Assembly: GCA_963706445.1 (NCBI GenBank)
Contig: OY970160.1
Span: 576,001-640,000 of the forward strand
From: an uncultured Nitrososphaerales archaeon
GTDB lineage: Archaea > Thermoproteota > Nitrososphaeria > Nitrososphaerales > Gagatemarchaeaceae
Direction of reading: 5' to 3'
DNA length: 64,000 nt
The notes below the pieces were generated by a model. The model saw nothing but the letters and a program-made list of their open reading frames with translations, did not search any database and had not been told where the DNA came from. This document shows, piece by piece, positions 1 through 9,684 of the stretch (position 1 is its first letter; each line of letters begins with the position of its first letter). A program made the position numbers and the translations under genes.

Positions 1-572
1 CATCTCGGGAATCTGATCAGGTAGTCGTAGGAGACGGCGCAGACGATGACGAGTAGCAGTATGCTCACCCCTGCACCTATCAGGGTCCAATCGAAGTTGT
101 AGGTCCCGGAAGCGCTAAGGACCAGGCTCGCTTCGAACCCTTCGGTGAGTGTGATGGCAAAGACCGGGAGGGCGTTCAGTGGGGAGAACGGGATGACGGC
201 CGGCCTTTCCCCGCCGTACTTCTCCATCTCTTTCTCCACGACCTCAGATTCCATCTTCTCCATCTTTGCCCTGAAGGACCTTTTGCCGAAGTAGTACCGC
301 TTGAACCCCTTTAGGAACCTGTACGAGAAATAGAGGATTACGCATCCCGTCAGGATGTCTATCAGAGCTTCGGGGAAGAGAAGGAAGATCTGCCTGATTC
401 CAAGGAATATCCCCACCGACGCACCCGCCCCTGCGAGTACCCCGAGGAGCACGTTGTTCTTCCCGAGCTGTTTGATCGTGGCTAACGAAAGGATAGCGAC
501 TTCGCTCCCCTCAACAAGCACTGCTTTGAAGGCCAGCAGGAAAGAGCCAATGATCACGACGTCGCTGGCCAT
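1..572 (-). CDS. COG4280/FTR1-like membrane protein, 3' end runs off the window
   Basis: Manual translation from ATG 572: MASDVVIIGSFLLAFKAVLVEGSEVAIL...ITLTEGFEASLVL. Two ExxE motifs in a hydrophobic two-fold repeat. Not in the ORF track. Confidence 0.7.
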   Translation of the reverse strand, partial: MASDVVIIGSFLLAFKAVLVEGSEVAILSLATIKQLGKNNVLLGVLAGAGASVGIFLGIRQIFLLFPEALIDILTGCVILYFSYRFLKGFKRYYFGKRSFRAKMEKMESEVVEKEMEKYGGERPAVIPFSPLNALPVFAITLTEGFEASLVLSASGTYNFDWTLIGAGVSILLLVIVCAVSYDYLIRFPR

Positions 573-667
573 AGTCGGAATCCCCGCCGTACCGTGGCGA
601 TTTATCCGTTCTCGGAAAACAAAGCATAAGATTGGCAGTCTGGGCGCGTTCTCCCGGTAGAGCCAAG

Positions 668-1630
668 ATGGAAGGGATAACCATCGGAGTGTTCGGGACT
701 GACCCCCAGATCAAAGCCACATTTGAGGCGGCAGTCGCAAAGAAGAGTGAAGCCGAGGGCCTGACAGTCTTCACACGGACCGAGGGAGGCAGGCGCTACT
801 CCTTCCTTGACACATCCGACTTTCCCGAAAGGATCCAAGGGTACTCGAGAATCGCATCTATCGTCGACCACGCCCTCTATTTCTTCCCCCCGTCCGGCAG
901 GCTCTCTGCTCCAGACGGAGAATTGGCCGTCCTTCTGGGGTCGTTCGGGGTTCCTGGGGCCCTCGAAATAACCAATCAGGCTTCGAGTCCTGAATCAGCT
1001 CTAGCAGCGCTGAAGGGAACGTTGGTGTCCCAATATCACCCCGAGACGAGGAAGACGGAGTCTGCGGCCATCGACCTATCGATGGCGTCACCGAGGAAGG
1101 ACTTCACGGCCGACAGGACCCTGATTTACGTCGACAGGGTCTTCACGGTCAAGGGCGTGGGAACCGTGGCCCTCGGGTTCGTGCTGGGGGGGAATGTGTC
1201 TGTGCACGACCAGCTCCGCCCCATCCCAGGTGCTTCGAGCATCAGGGCTGACGTAAAGGGGATCCAGGTCAACGATGTCGACTTCGAATCGGCCGGCCGG
1301 GGCATCAGGGTAGGACTCTCGCTTCGCGGCGTGGAGCCGAAGGACCTCGAGCGGAGCCACTGGCTTGACGACGGGTCGTTTGCCCTTTCAGATTCTCCAA
1401 AATTCGAAGTAGCGAAGTCCCCCTTCTACAAGCAGGAAATCGCGTCGAGGGACTTACACCTCCAACTCCCTGGCGAACTAGTCCCTGCCAAGATGATTCA
1501 GGAAGAGGGAAATCGGTTGGTCGCCCGCCTTCCTTGGGAGGTGCCAGTCTGGGAGGGCATGAAAGGGGCGGTGATTGACTTGAACGGAGGGAGCCTCAGG
1601 GTCGCTGCCACAGGAACCTGCAACCTTTAA
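668..1630 (+). CDS. SelB-like (aSelBL) EF-Tu domain II protein with degenerate G domain
   Basis: VDRVFTVKGVGTVALG and GIRVGLSLRGV are EF-Tu/SelB domain II signatures. No GxxxxGK P-loop. ATG 668 preferred over 632. Confidence 0.8.
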   Translation: MEGITIGVFGTDPQIKATFEAAVAKKSEAEGLTVFTRTEGGRRYSFLDTSDFPERIQGYSRIASIVDHALYFFPPSGRLSAPDGELAVLLGSFGVPGALEITNQASSPESALAALKGTLVSQYHPETRKTESAAIDLSMASPRKDFTADRTLIYVDRVFTVKGVGTVALGFVLGGNVSVHDQLRPIPGASSIRADVKGIQVNDVDFESAGRGIRVGLSLRGVEPKDLERSHWLDDGSFALSDSPKFEVAKSPFYKQEIASRDLHLQLPGELVPAKMIQEEGNRLVARLPWEVPVWEGMKGAVIDLNGGSLRVAATGTCNL

Positions 1631-1655
1631 TCCAGGCGGAAGCAGAATAGGTTCC

Positions 1656-2210
1656 TTGACAAGCACAGAGATTGCGACCTTCGGGAGCGGTTGTTTCTGG
1701 TGTTCCGAAGCAGTCTTCTCTGAACTTCAGGGCGTTATGAAGGTCGAGCCTGGTTACGCAGGGGGGAAGACGTCGAACCCGACCTACGAAGACGTCTGCG
1801 CCGACACCACAGGGCATGCCGAGGTTGCCCAGGTCACCTTCGATCCGTCGGTGATATCCTACAGAGAGTTGCTCGAGGTCCTCTTCTCGACCCACGACCC
1901 TACTACGCTCAATCGCCAGGGTGCCGACGAAGGAACACAGTACCGCTCGGTCATATTCTACGGGAACCAAGAACAGAAGAGACAGGCAGACGAGATTATC
2001 AAAGAGCTAACAACTGACAAGGTCTTCCGCAACCCAATCGTCACCGAGGTTACCCCGTTGCAAGTGTTTTATCCCGCAGAGGGTTACCACAGGGAGTACT
2101 ACAAGAGGAACCCGTCGAAGCCGTACTGCCAAGCGGTCATTGCCCCCAAGCTTTCGAAGTTTAGGGCTCACTGGAAGGCCAAGCTGAAGGCCCCAACACT
2201 GCCTCAGTAG
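1656..2210 (+). CDS. msrA: peptide-methionine (S)-S-oxide reductase
   Basis: GCFWC, GYAGG, TGHAE and FYPAEGYH motifs. Confidence 0.97.
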   Translation: MTSTEIATFGSGCFWCSEAVFSELQGVMKVEPGYAGGKTSNPTYEDVCADTTGHAEVAQVTFDPSVISYRELLEVLFSTHDPTTLNRQGADEGTQYRSVIFYGNQEQKRQADEIIKELTTDKVFRNPIVTEVTPLQVFYPAEGYHREYYKRNPSKPYCQAVIAPKLSKFRAHWKAKLKAPTLPQ

Positions 2211-2239
2211 GCCTGAAGAGAACCCAGGTAAGTCGAGAC

Positions 2240-2803
2240 TTGGCTGGCATTTACGGAATAACAGGCACCCCGGGGACCGGCAAGAAGTCGATCGCGCCTC
2301 TCTTGGCGCAGAACCTCGGCCTTCCTTGCATCTCTCTGAACGAGCTGGCGAAGTCAAAGGGGCTCGTGGGATCGCCCGATGAGGGAGATGTGGATACGGA
2401 AATGCTCCGTAAGGCCGTCAGGTCGAGCATACCCAAGGACGCAGTCGTCTTCGGCCACTTGCTCCCCCATGTGTTGAGCCCCGCTATGGTCGCCAAGGTC
2501 GCGGTCCTCAGGTGCGAACCAAGCAAACTGAAGGCGCGGCTGAACGGCCGTTTGTATGCCGAATCCAAGCTTGTGGAGAATCTAGAAGCGGAACTGATCG
2601 GCCTCATTTCCTCAGACACGCACGACGCCTTTGGAAGCGTAAAGACCTTCGATTTCGACACGAGTAACACACCCCCAATTAAATCGGTTCGCCTGATACT
2701 GGACATCGTCAGTGGAACAACAGTCCCGTCTGAGAGAATAGACTGGACGCGGGGCTACGACTCTGGAGCGAAGCTCAGGCTTCTGCTCTCGGCCAAGCCA
2801 TAG
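2240..2803 (+). CDS. AK6/Fap7-family adenylate kinase
   Basis: ITGTPGTGKK P-loop, VFGH, LRC...L.ARL and ENLEAE motifs. Confidence 0.85.
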   Translation: MAGIYGITGTPGTGKKSIAPLLAQNLGLPCISLNELAKSKGLVGSPDEGDVDTEMLRKAVRSSIPKDAVVFGHLLPHVLSPAMVAKVAVLRCEPSKLKARLNGRLYAESKLVENLEAELIGLISSDTHDAFGSVKTFDFDTSNTPPIKSVRLILDIVSGTTVPSERIDWTRGYDSGAKLRLLLSAKP

Positions 2804-2841
2804 TCTGCCTGAACGGTTAATAGCGCAAGTACGGTGCGGCC

Positions 2842-3810
2842 TTGTTTCACATGAGGGAACATCCAGGACTTAGGAAAGTCCGGGACGTCCACGCAAAGTC
2901 TTCTGAAGACATCGCTGCGATGATAGACGATATGGGCAATGGCGGGGGTTTCATGGCACGCAACCTCTACGATGTCGCCGAAACCCTGCGTGCGATGGTG
3001 GACCGGAGAGGCTGCACCAGGTTCCTTTCTTTCCCCGCCGCGCTGATGGCCACGGGGACGAGAGGGATTCTGATCGACATGGTTAGAGAAGGGATGGTCG
3101 ACGCGATAGTGACCACCTGCGGCACCCTCGACCACGATATCGCCCGTACCCGTGCCGACTACTACGAGGGGAGCTTCGAGTTGGACGACGCCAAGCTCAG
3201 GAAATCAGGGTACCACAGACTCGGCAACGTCCTCGTTCCACTTGACAACTATGGCCCATTGATAGAGAGTCAGATGCAGCCGATGCTCAGCCGGATCTAT
3301 GAAAAGGGAATCCGCTCTATCACGTCTGAGGAGCTGAGCACAAAGATAGGGCGGGACCTGGGTTCCGAGCGGTCTCTCCTCTACTGGGCACAAAAAATGA
3401 AGGTCCCAGTGTTCGTCCCAGGGTTGACCGACGGCGCCGTCGGGAGCCAGATCTGGCTCTTCGCCGAAAGCCACAGGGACTTCCGGATCGACCTGATAGG
3501 AGACGAAAGGCGGCTTTCGGATATCACCTCGGAGGCTGAGGAGACCGGCGCGCTAGTCTTGGGCGGCGGGATCTCGAAACATCATTTGATCTGGTGGAAT
3601 CTGTTCAGAGGAGGTTTGGACTGGGCCTGCTACATCACGACCGCCTCGGAGTTCGACGGCTCACTCAGCGGGGCCCGGGTCCAGGAGGCCGTGTCGTGGG
3701 GCAAGGTCAAGGAGAAGGCGAAGCAGGCGAGTCTCTACGCCGAGGTCTCCTCTGTCCTACCCTTCATCGTTTCCTACGTGCTCACAAGACGGAAGAGCAA
3801 GAAGAACTGA
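2842..3810 (+). CDS. dys: deoxyhypusine synthase
   Basis: GGGISKHH and DGSLSGA..EAVSWGK motifs. Confidence 0.96.
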   Translation: MFHMREHPGLRKVRDVHAKSSEDIAAMIDDMGNGGGFMARNLYDVAETLRAMVDRRGCTRFLSFPAALMATGTRGILIDMVREGMVDAIVTTCGTLDHDIARTRADYYEGSFELDDAKLRKSGYHRLGNVLVPLDNYGPLIESQMQPMLSRIYEKGIRSITSEELSTKIGRDLGSERSLLYWAQKMKVPVFVPGLTDGAVGSQIWLFAESHRDFRIDLIGDERRLSDITSEAEETGALVLGGGISKHHLIWWNLFRGGLDWACYITTASEFDGSLSGARVQEAVSWGKVKEKAKQASLYAEVSSVLPFIVSYVLTRRKSKKN

Positions 3811-3854
3811 AATCTCAATTCTTTTAAAGCGAATCTTGAGGCGCCTGCAATCGC

Positions 3855-6035
3855 TTGACCGTCTCAAGCCAGCTCTTGTTGCAGATTGCAGCGAACGCCC
3901 CGTCTTCTGCACCGAACCTGACTAGCGCGTACATAGCACTCGGTCTTTCGATACTGGCGCTGCTGTATGGGGCGGGCCTTTGGGGATACCTCAGGGGGCA
4001 GAACCGCGGCAATGCCAAGATGGTGGAGATCGCAGACGCAGTGAAACAAGGGGCTGGTGCCTTTCTCGGGAAGGAGTACAGGATTATTGCTCCCATTGCC
4101 GTTATCGTCGTTCTACTTATCTTCGGGTTGATAGATTATCCGAATGCCACCGGAGGAGCAACAGCCTTCGGATTCGCAATAGGCGCATTCCTTTCTGCTC
4201 TCGCCGGCTATGTTGGAATGGCCGTCACCGTGAGGACCAGCTCCCGGACGGCGGAGGCCGCGAAGTCTGGTTTGGGGAGCGCGCTCACGATGGCTTTCAG
4301 GGGTGGGGGTGTCATGGGGATGACCGTCGTAGGCCTCGACCTTCTCGGGCTTTCTATTTTCTATCTCCTCTTCTCAAGCACGATCGCAACCTCGCCTGCC
4401 ACGCTGGCGGGTCTCGGGTTCGGCGCTTCACTGATCGCGATGTTCATGAGGGTCTCCGGCGGGATCTACACGAAGGCCGCTGACGTCGGTGCGGACCTTG
4501 TGGGAAAGGTCGAGGCCGGGATACCTGAAGATGATCCGAGGAACCCAGCGGTCATCGCCGACAACGTCGGGGACAACGTCGGAGATTGTGCGGGCATGGG
4601 AGCAGACGTCTACGAGTCCTACGTGGTGACATCGATAGCCGTCATGATTCTCGGGGCCCTGATCCCTGGCGGGGTCGCATCAGGCCTTCTTGTTTACCCA
4701 CTCCTGCTCGGGGCTGCGGGGATCGCAGGTGCTGTGGTGGGGAGCTTCTACATCCGCAAGTCGATAAAGTCCAACCCCCTCCGGGCGTTGAACATCACCC
4801 TGATGATAGCAGCGGTGGTAGCAGTAATTCTTGACTTCGTCTTCGGGCAGTATCTATTCGGCGGTTCGACACTGAGTTACTACCTCTTTGCAAGCGCCAT
4901 CGTGGGGGTCATCGTTGTAGTGGTAATCGAGAACGTCGCCAATTATTTCACCTCCTATGCCTACGGCCCCGTGAAGGAGATAGCCCTAGCGAGCCAGACG
5001 GGAGCGGCTACCAACTTCCTCGCAGGATTTTCCACTGGTCTTACCAGCACTGCGCCTTCTGCCGTGGTCTTGGTGGTGGCGATAATCGCGTCCTATTCTT
5101 TGGGCTACTACGGGTCCGGCGGGGACGTCCTAACGGGGGTCTACAGCACTGCTGTGGCGACGATGTCTATGCTTTCCTTGACCGGGGTAATCATGTCAAT
5201 AGACTCCTTCGGGCCAATAACTGACAATGCCAACGGCATTGTGGAAATGGCGGGGCTGGAGAGCAGCGTCAGGGACGTGACAGACGAGCTCGACGCACTT
5301 GGCAATACTACGAAGGCGACCACCAAGGCTTTCGCAGTGACCTCGGCGGCTTTGGCCGCAGTCGCAATCTTCGAAGCATTCCAGCACGAGGCCTCCAGGA
5401 TCATTGCCGCCAATGCGTCTGTCGCCAGCAAGTACGCCTCATCGATGGTCGGGGGTCAGCTTCAATTCAGCCTGTCCGACCCGTATGTCGTCATAGGGCT
5501 GTTCATAGGGGGTCTGTTGCCGTTCTACTTCTCCAGCTTCCTGATTAAGGCCGTCGGCAAGGCTGCTTTCACTATAGTCAACGAAGTGCGGCGACAGTTC
5601 AAGGAAATCCCGGGAATAATGGAGGGGACTGCAAAACCCGACTACGCGAAGGCCGTCAGCATCAGCACTTCTGCAGCCATCAAGGAACTAGTCAAGCCCG
5701 GCGCCCTCGCGGTGGTCACGCCTTTGGCTGTAGGATTCATTCTTGGCCCCCTGGCACTAGGCGGCCTTCTGATAGGCACCGTAGTCTCCGGGGTATTCCT
5801 CGCATTCACAATGACCAACGGGGGCGCCGCCTGGGACAATGCGAAAAAGTACATTGAGACCGGCCAGCTCGGAGGGAAGGGATCGGACGCGCACAAGGCG
5901 GCGGTGATGGGGGACACGGTTGGCGATCCGTTCAAGGACACCGCAGGTCCGGCCATCAACTCTCTGATCAAGGTCGTGAACACGATTTCAATCGTTTTCA
6001 TCTCCGCGATCGTTCTGTACGCTCTCTCCGTCTAG
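3855..6035 (+). CDS. hppA: membrane-bound H+-translocating pyrophosphatase, K+-independent type
   Basis: DVGADLVGKVE and DNVGDNVGD motifs. GNTTKA carries Lys at the K+-dependence position. Confidence 0.96.
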   Translation: MTVSSQLLLQIAANAPSSAPNLTSAYIALGLSILALLYGAGLWGYLRGQNRGNAKMVEIADAVKQGAGAFLGKEYRIIAPIAVIVVLLIFGLIDYPNATGGATAFGFAIGAFLSALAGYVGMAVTVRTSSRTAEAAKSGLGSALTMAFRGGGVMGMTVVGLDLLGLSIFYLLFSSTIATSPATLAGLGFGASLIAMFMRVSGGIYTKAADVGADLVGKVEAGIPEDDPRNPAVIADNVGDNVGDCAGMGADVYESYVVTSIAVMILGALIPGGVASGLLVYPLLLGAAGIAGAVVGSFYIRKSIKSNPLRALNITLMIAAVVAVILDFVFGQYLFGGSTLSYYLFASAIVGVIVVVVIENVANYFTSYAYGPVKEIALASQTGAATNFLAGFSTGLTSTAPSAVVLVVAIIASYSLGYYGSGGDVLTGVYSTAVATMSMLSLTGVIMSIDSFGPITDNANGIVEMAGLESSVRDVTDELDALGNTTKATTKAFAVTSAALAAVAIFEAFQHEASRIIAANASVASKYASSMVGGQLQFSLSDPYVVIGLFIGGLLPFYFSSFLIKAVGKAAFTIVNEVRRQFKEIPGIMEGTAKPDYAKAVSISTSAAIKELVKPGALAVVTPLAVGFILGPLALGGLLIGTVVSGVFLAFTMTNGGAAWDNAKKYIETGQLGGKGSDAHKAAVMGDTVGDPFKDTAGPAINSLIKVVNTISIVFISAIVLYALSV

Positions 6036-6059
6036 ACTATTCTGTCAGAACTCAATCGA

Positions 6060-6173
6060 GGTGGGGATGGGACCACCGGTGATGCGATGCACGCACCACA
6101 TTCGGACCCATGTGAATACGCTCACTGACGGTAAAGTCTGCAGGCGTACGCGTAACCGCTCCGCCACCCCACC
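6060..6173 (+). ncRNA. candidate structured RNA (long stem capped by a three-way junction)
   Basis: GGTGGGG/CCCCACC closing stem plus about 20 more pairs, including G-U pairs that favour the + strand. No family recognised. Confidence 0.35.
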
Positions 6174-6265
6174 GCATGGCCGCCTTCTCTTGGACGTTAA
6201 TTATGCCTTATATTCGTCGGTCTGCGGATTCCGAGAAATCCTGGCGAAACCTCGCGCAGATTGTC

Positions 6266-6278
6266 AAAGCTTATAACC
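6266..6278 (+). promoter_or_regulatory. BRE/TATA of the cox operon
   Basis: AAAGCTTATAACC about 35 nt upstream of the coxB ATG. Confidence 0.55.
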
Positions 6279-6310
6279 GATATTAGGTCGGGAACTATCA
6301 GCGCCGCCTA

Positions 6311-7018
6311 ATGTATTCGGGCATTCTCACGCTCCCGCAGACGACAGCCACTTTTGATAATCTGCTGAACTGGTATCTGCTATTCGGGATAGGAGCGGCG
6401 GTCATCGTTATTTCGATGCTCGTCCTCTTCATGGTAAAGTATCGTAGCAAGGGGCAGCAGGGGCAGATGCCCGAGCACAAGGTCGAAGGCTGGAAGATCG
6501 TCCTTGTCACGGTCCTCATAAGCGTCTCCGTCCTGACGTTTGCAGAATACCAGACATTTTCGAGCTTCGGAAACATAGAGATCCCGACGAACGCCACCTG
6601 CATGGCAAACACCGGCCACCCTTGTGTCCAGATCCAGCTTCTCGCGTTCCAGTGGGGGTGGAACTTCACCTACCCCAACGGGAGTTTCATGCTCAACAAC
6701 CTGACTGTCCCGGCGGGCAGGGATATAGTGATCAACATCACGTCGAAGGACGTCTTCCATTCCTTCGGTCTCGACATGCTCGCAGAGAAGGAGGACGCTG
6801 TACCCGGCAGGGTGAACCAAATCTGGTTCACTGTCCCGACTCCTAGTGTCACAGCTACCCCCGAGGTGACCGTCCAGTGCAACGCCGCGGGGACATCATG
6901 CCTTTACATCAACGCCATCAAGTGCTTCGAGCTCTGCGGTGTGGGCCACGCCAGCATGTGGGCTAACTTCACCGTCGAGAGCCAAGCGACCTGGGATGCA
7001 TGGATGGGAGGCGCCTAG
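6311..7018 (+). CDS. coxB: heme-copper oxidase subunit II (CuA)
   Basis: Two TM helices, FQWGW, DVFHSF, and CFELCGVGHASM CuA ligands. Confidence 0.95.
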   Translation: MYSGILTLPQTTATFDNLLNWYLLFGIGAAVIVISMLVLFMVKYRSKGQQGQMPEHKVEGWKIVLVTVLISVSVLTFAEYQTFSSFGNIEIPTNATCMANTGHPCVQIQLLAFQWGWNFTYPNGSFMLNNLTVPAGRDIVINITSKDVFHSFGLDMLAEKEDAVPGRVNQIWFTVPTPSVTATPEVTVQCNAAGTSCLYINAIKCFELCGVGHASMWANFTVESQATWDAWMGGA

Positions 7019-9412
7019 TTGGGCACCACCGACTGGCTGAAGCGCTGGCTGTTCACGACCAACCACAAGGACGTTGGCATACTCTACTTCTTCACCTCCT
7101 GCTACTTTGGGATCATAGGCGCGATCCTCGCCCTGATGATGAGGGTCCAGCTCTCCGTCCCCAACAACAACTTCCTCAACGCGTTCTACTACGACCAGGC
7201 AGTGACTATGCACGGCCTCATCATGATCTTCTGGTTCCTCTCTCCCATCGCCCTCGGGTTGGCGAACTACTTCGTCCCCCTCCAGATCGGGGCGAAGGAC
7301 CTTGCGTTCCCGCGTCTCAACGCCATGAGCTACTGGCTCTACCTCGCGGGCGGAGTCCTCGCGGTAATGAGCTTCTTCGTCCCCGGAGGGACCGCCAGTG
7401 CGGGCTGGACCACGTATCAGCCATTGGCAGTCCTGACGCTCGGGAACGGACCGACCCTTGCCTACCTAGGGATGGTCGTTCTTGCCGCATCGGTGACTCT
7501 TGGTAGCATCAATTTCATGGTCTCCATAATCTGGCTCAGGGCCCCTGGAATGACGCTGTCGAAGATCCCCATGTTCACTTGGTTCATGCTCTTCACAATC
7601 ATAGCGATGCTTTTCGCGTTTCCGACACTGATAGCCGCGTTCGCCCTCGCCTCCACGGACCGCATCCTGGGGACGACATTCTTCACCTCCCCTGGGATTC
7701 AACCATCGATACTCTGGGACAACCTGTTCTGGTTCTTCGGCCACCCGGAGGTGTACATCGTCCTCCTGCCGGGCTTCGGCATCATAGCCAACATCCTCCC
7801 GCAGTTTACAGGTAGGCCCCTGGCGGCGAGGAACGCCATCCTCATCGCCACGGGGCTCATCGTCGTCCCCCTCAGCTTCGGGGTCTGGATGCACCACATG
7901 TTCCTCACGGGCATCCCAGTCTCCCTTCAGGGAGCTTTCAGCGTGGCCACCATCGCCATCTCCATACCCTTCGACGTCATCACACTCTCGTTTGTCGAGT
8001 CGCTGATCAGAGGGAGGGTGAAATTTGCGACCCCGATGCTCTTCGCCCTCGGGGCAGTAATTCTCTTCATCATCGGGGGGATTACCGGGGTCTTCCTCTC
8101 ATCCCCTGTCCTGGACAGGGTGTTCAGGGGTTCCTACTTCGTCGTTTCGCACTTCCACTACGTCATGGTGGGCGCGGCAATCTTCGGGATAATCGCCGGC
8201 ATCTACTACTGGCTCCCTAGGATGACGGGGCACATGTACAACGAGAGGCTCGGGAAGATCCACTTCGCAATCTCCTTCGTCGGGTTCAACATCCTCTACT
8301 TCCCGATGAATCTCCTCTACGACATGCCTAGGCGCATCTTCACCTATCCCAACGTCGCCGACTGGGGGACCCTGAACGCATTGGCCTCGGTCGGGGCCTT
8401 CGTCTTCGCACTGGCCCAGATACTACTGGCTTACAACGTGATCAACACCTGGTTCCGGGGGCCCATCGCGCCGAAGAATCCATGGGGGTCGCCCGACCTC
8501 GAATGGACGTCGCAGGCCGAGGGGATGTCTCCGGCAGTGAGCTCATCACCTACACCTCCCTCCGGCGGGTGGATAGGGCAGCTTTCCACAGCGTCTAATT
8601 CGCATGGTACGGGTTACGGGGGTTCCCGGGACGTACATCACGCCCACCTCAGCTCGAGGCCCTTGGAGCTCTCGATGGCTGCACTGGTCTTCCTCGCCGG
8701 AGCCGCGTTCTACCCTGACGTCGGGGGCATCGCGCTGATGGTCGTGGGCGCGTTTGTCGCGATCTACGCGTTCTGGGGGTGGGGGATGGACGATCTGCAC
8801 GACAAGTTCGTCGTGCCGCCAGAGGAAGTAGGGGACAGGTGGCCCTTTTCGGCTGTCCCCAAGCTGAAGTTGGGCATGTGGGTGTTCCTTTCGTCCGAGG
8901 TTGTATTGTTCGGGAGCTTCCTCGGGGCCTACATATTCATCCGGGCCGCTTCTGGGGTCTGGCCAATCGCCGGGAGCATCCACGAGATACCCCTGGGGAC
9001 CTTCAACACCCTGGTGCTCGTGACCAGTGGGCTCACCATGTTCATGGCCATCCAGGCCATCCGCAAGGGTGACCAGAGGAAGCTCCTGGGCTGGCTAGCG
9101 GTGACCTTCGTCCTCGGCTCCGTCTTCATGGGAGTCAAGATTGCAGAGTGGACCAACCTCGGCAACAGCGGCTTCGTCCTCGGCGCTTCCAACCCTGTTA
9201 CCTCTCTAGCTGCTAGCGCCTACTATGTCATCGTCGGGCTGCACGGGGCCCACGTAACGGCTGGGCTGATTATGATGATCTACCTGATGAAGAAAACAAC
9301 GGGCGGACACTACACCAAGGATTCCCACGAGGCCATAGAGAACTTCGCGCTTTACTGGGCCTTCGTCGACATCGTGTGGTGCTTCGTCTTCCCGCTCTTC
9401 TACCTCCTCTAG
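7019..9412 (+). CDS. coxA: fused heme-copper oxidase subunit I + III (A1 type)
   Basis: TNHKDVG, MHG, GHPEVY, WMHH and HFHY motifs. The C-terminus has subunit III motifs WVFLSSE, GLHGAHV and LYWAFVD. Confidence 0.95.
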   Translation: MGTTDWLKRWLFTTNHKDVGILYFFTSCYFGIIGAILALMMRVQLSVPNNNFLNAFYYDQAVTMHGLIMIFWFLSPIALGLANYFVPLQIGAKDLAFPRLNAMSYWLYLAGGVLAVMSFFVPGGTASAGWTTYQPLAVLTLGNGPTLAYLGMVVLAASVTLGSINFMVSIIWLRAPGMTLSKIPMFTWFMLFTIIAMLFAFPTLIAAFALASTDRILGTTFFTSPGIQPSILWDNLFWFFGHPEVYIVLLPGFGIIANILPQFTGRPLAARNAILIATGLIVVPLSFGVWMHHMFLTGIPVSLQGAFSVATIAISIPFDVITLSFVESLIRGRVKFATPMLFALGAVILFIIGGITGVFLSSPVLDRVFRGSYFVVSHFHYVMVGAAIFGIIAGIYYWLPRMTGHMYNERLGKIHFAISFVGFNILYFPMNLLYDMPRRIFTYPNVADWGTLNALASVGAFVFALAQILLAYNVINTWFRGPIAPKNPWGSPDLEWTSQAEGMSPAVSSSPTPPSGGWIGQLSTASNSHGTGYGGSRDVHHAHLSSRPLELSMAALVFLAGAAFYPDVGGIALMVVGAFVAIYAFWGWGMDDLHDKFVVPPEEVGDRWPFSAVPKLKLGMWVFLSSEVVLFGSFLGAYIFIRAASGVWPIAGSIHEIPLGTFNTLVLVTSGLTMFMAIQAIRKGDQRKLLGWLAVTFVLGSVFMGVKIAEWTNLGNSGFVLGASNPVTSLAASAYYVIVGLHGAHVTAGLIMMIYLMKKTTGGHYTKDSHEAIENFALYWAFVDIVWCFVFPLFYLL

Positions 9413-9421
9413 GAGTCAGGC

Positions 9422-9679
9422 ATGAGAACCATTGTCGCGCTCGGGGTCTGGGCATACATGGTCATCGCCGTGTTGACCGAGGTGCTTGCGTTCTACGAGA
9501 TTCCCGCCTATGCGACGATGGCGACGGTGGTATCTATCCTGGCGACCAGCCAGGCCTCCGCCATAGTCCTGTTCTACATGCAGCTCAAGGACGAGCCAGG
9601 CTCCCTCAGACTCTTCGCACTTATCCCCATCATGTTCTTGGCAGCGCTGCTCGTCGCCATGCTCGCGTCACTAGGTTGA
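9422..9679 (+). CDS. coxD: heme-copper oxidase subunit IV family protein
   Basis: Three TM helices with Q...VLFYMQLKDE, directly after subunit I/III. Confidence 0.75.
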   Translation: MRTIVALGVWAYMVIAVLTEVLAFYEIPAYATMATVVSILATSQASAIVLFYMQLKDEPGSLRLFALIPIMFLAALLVAMLASLG

Positions 9680-9684
9680 GTGAA

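Noticed and set aside
6060-6173. Interpretation as hammerhead ribozyme, Y RNA, SRP or 5S RNA
   Set aside because: Lacks the CUGANGA/GAAA core, a proper T-arm, SRP helix 8 and 5S consensus. Kept only as an unknown structured RNA.
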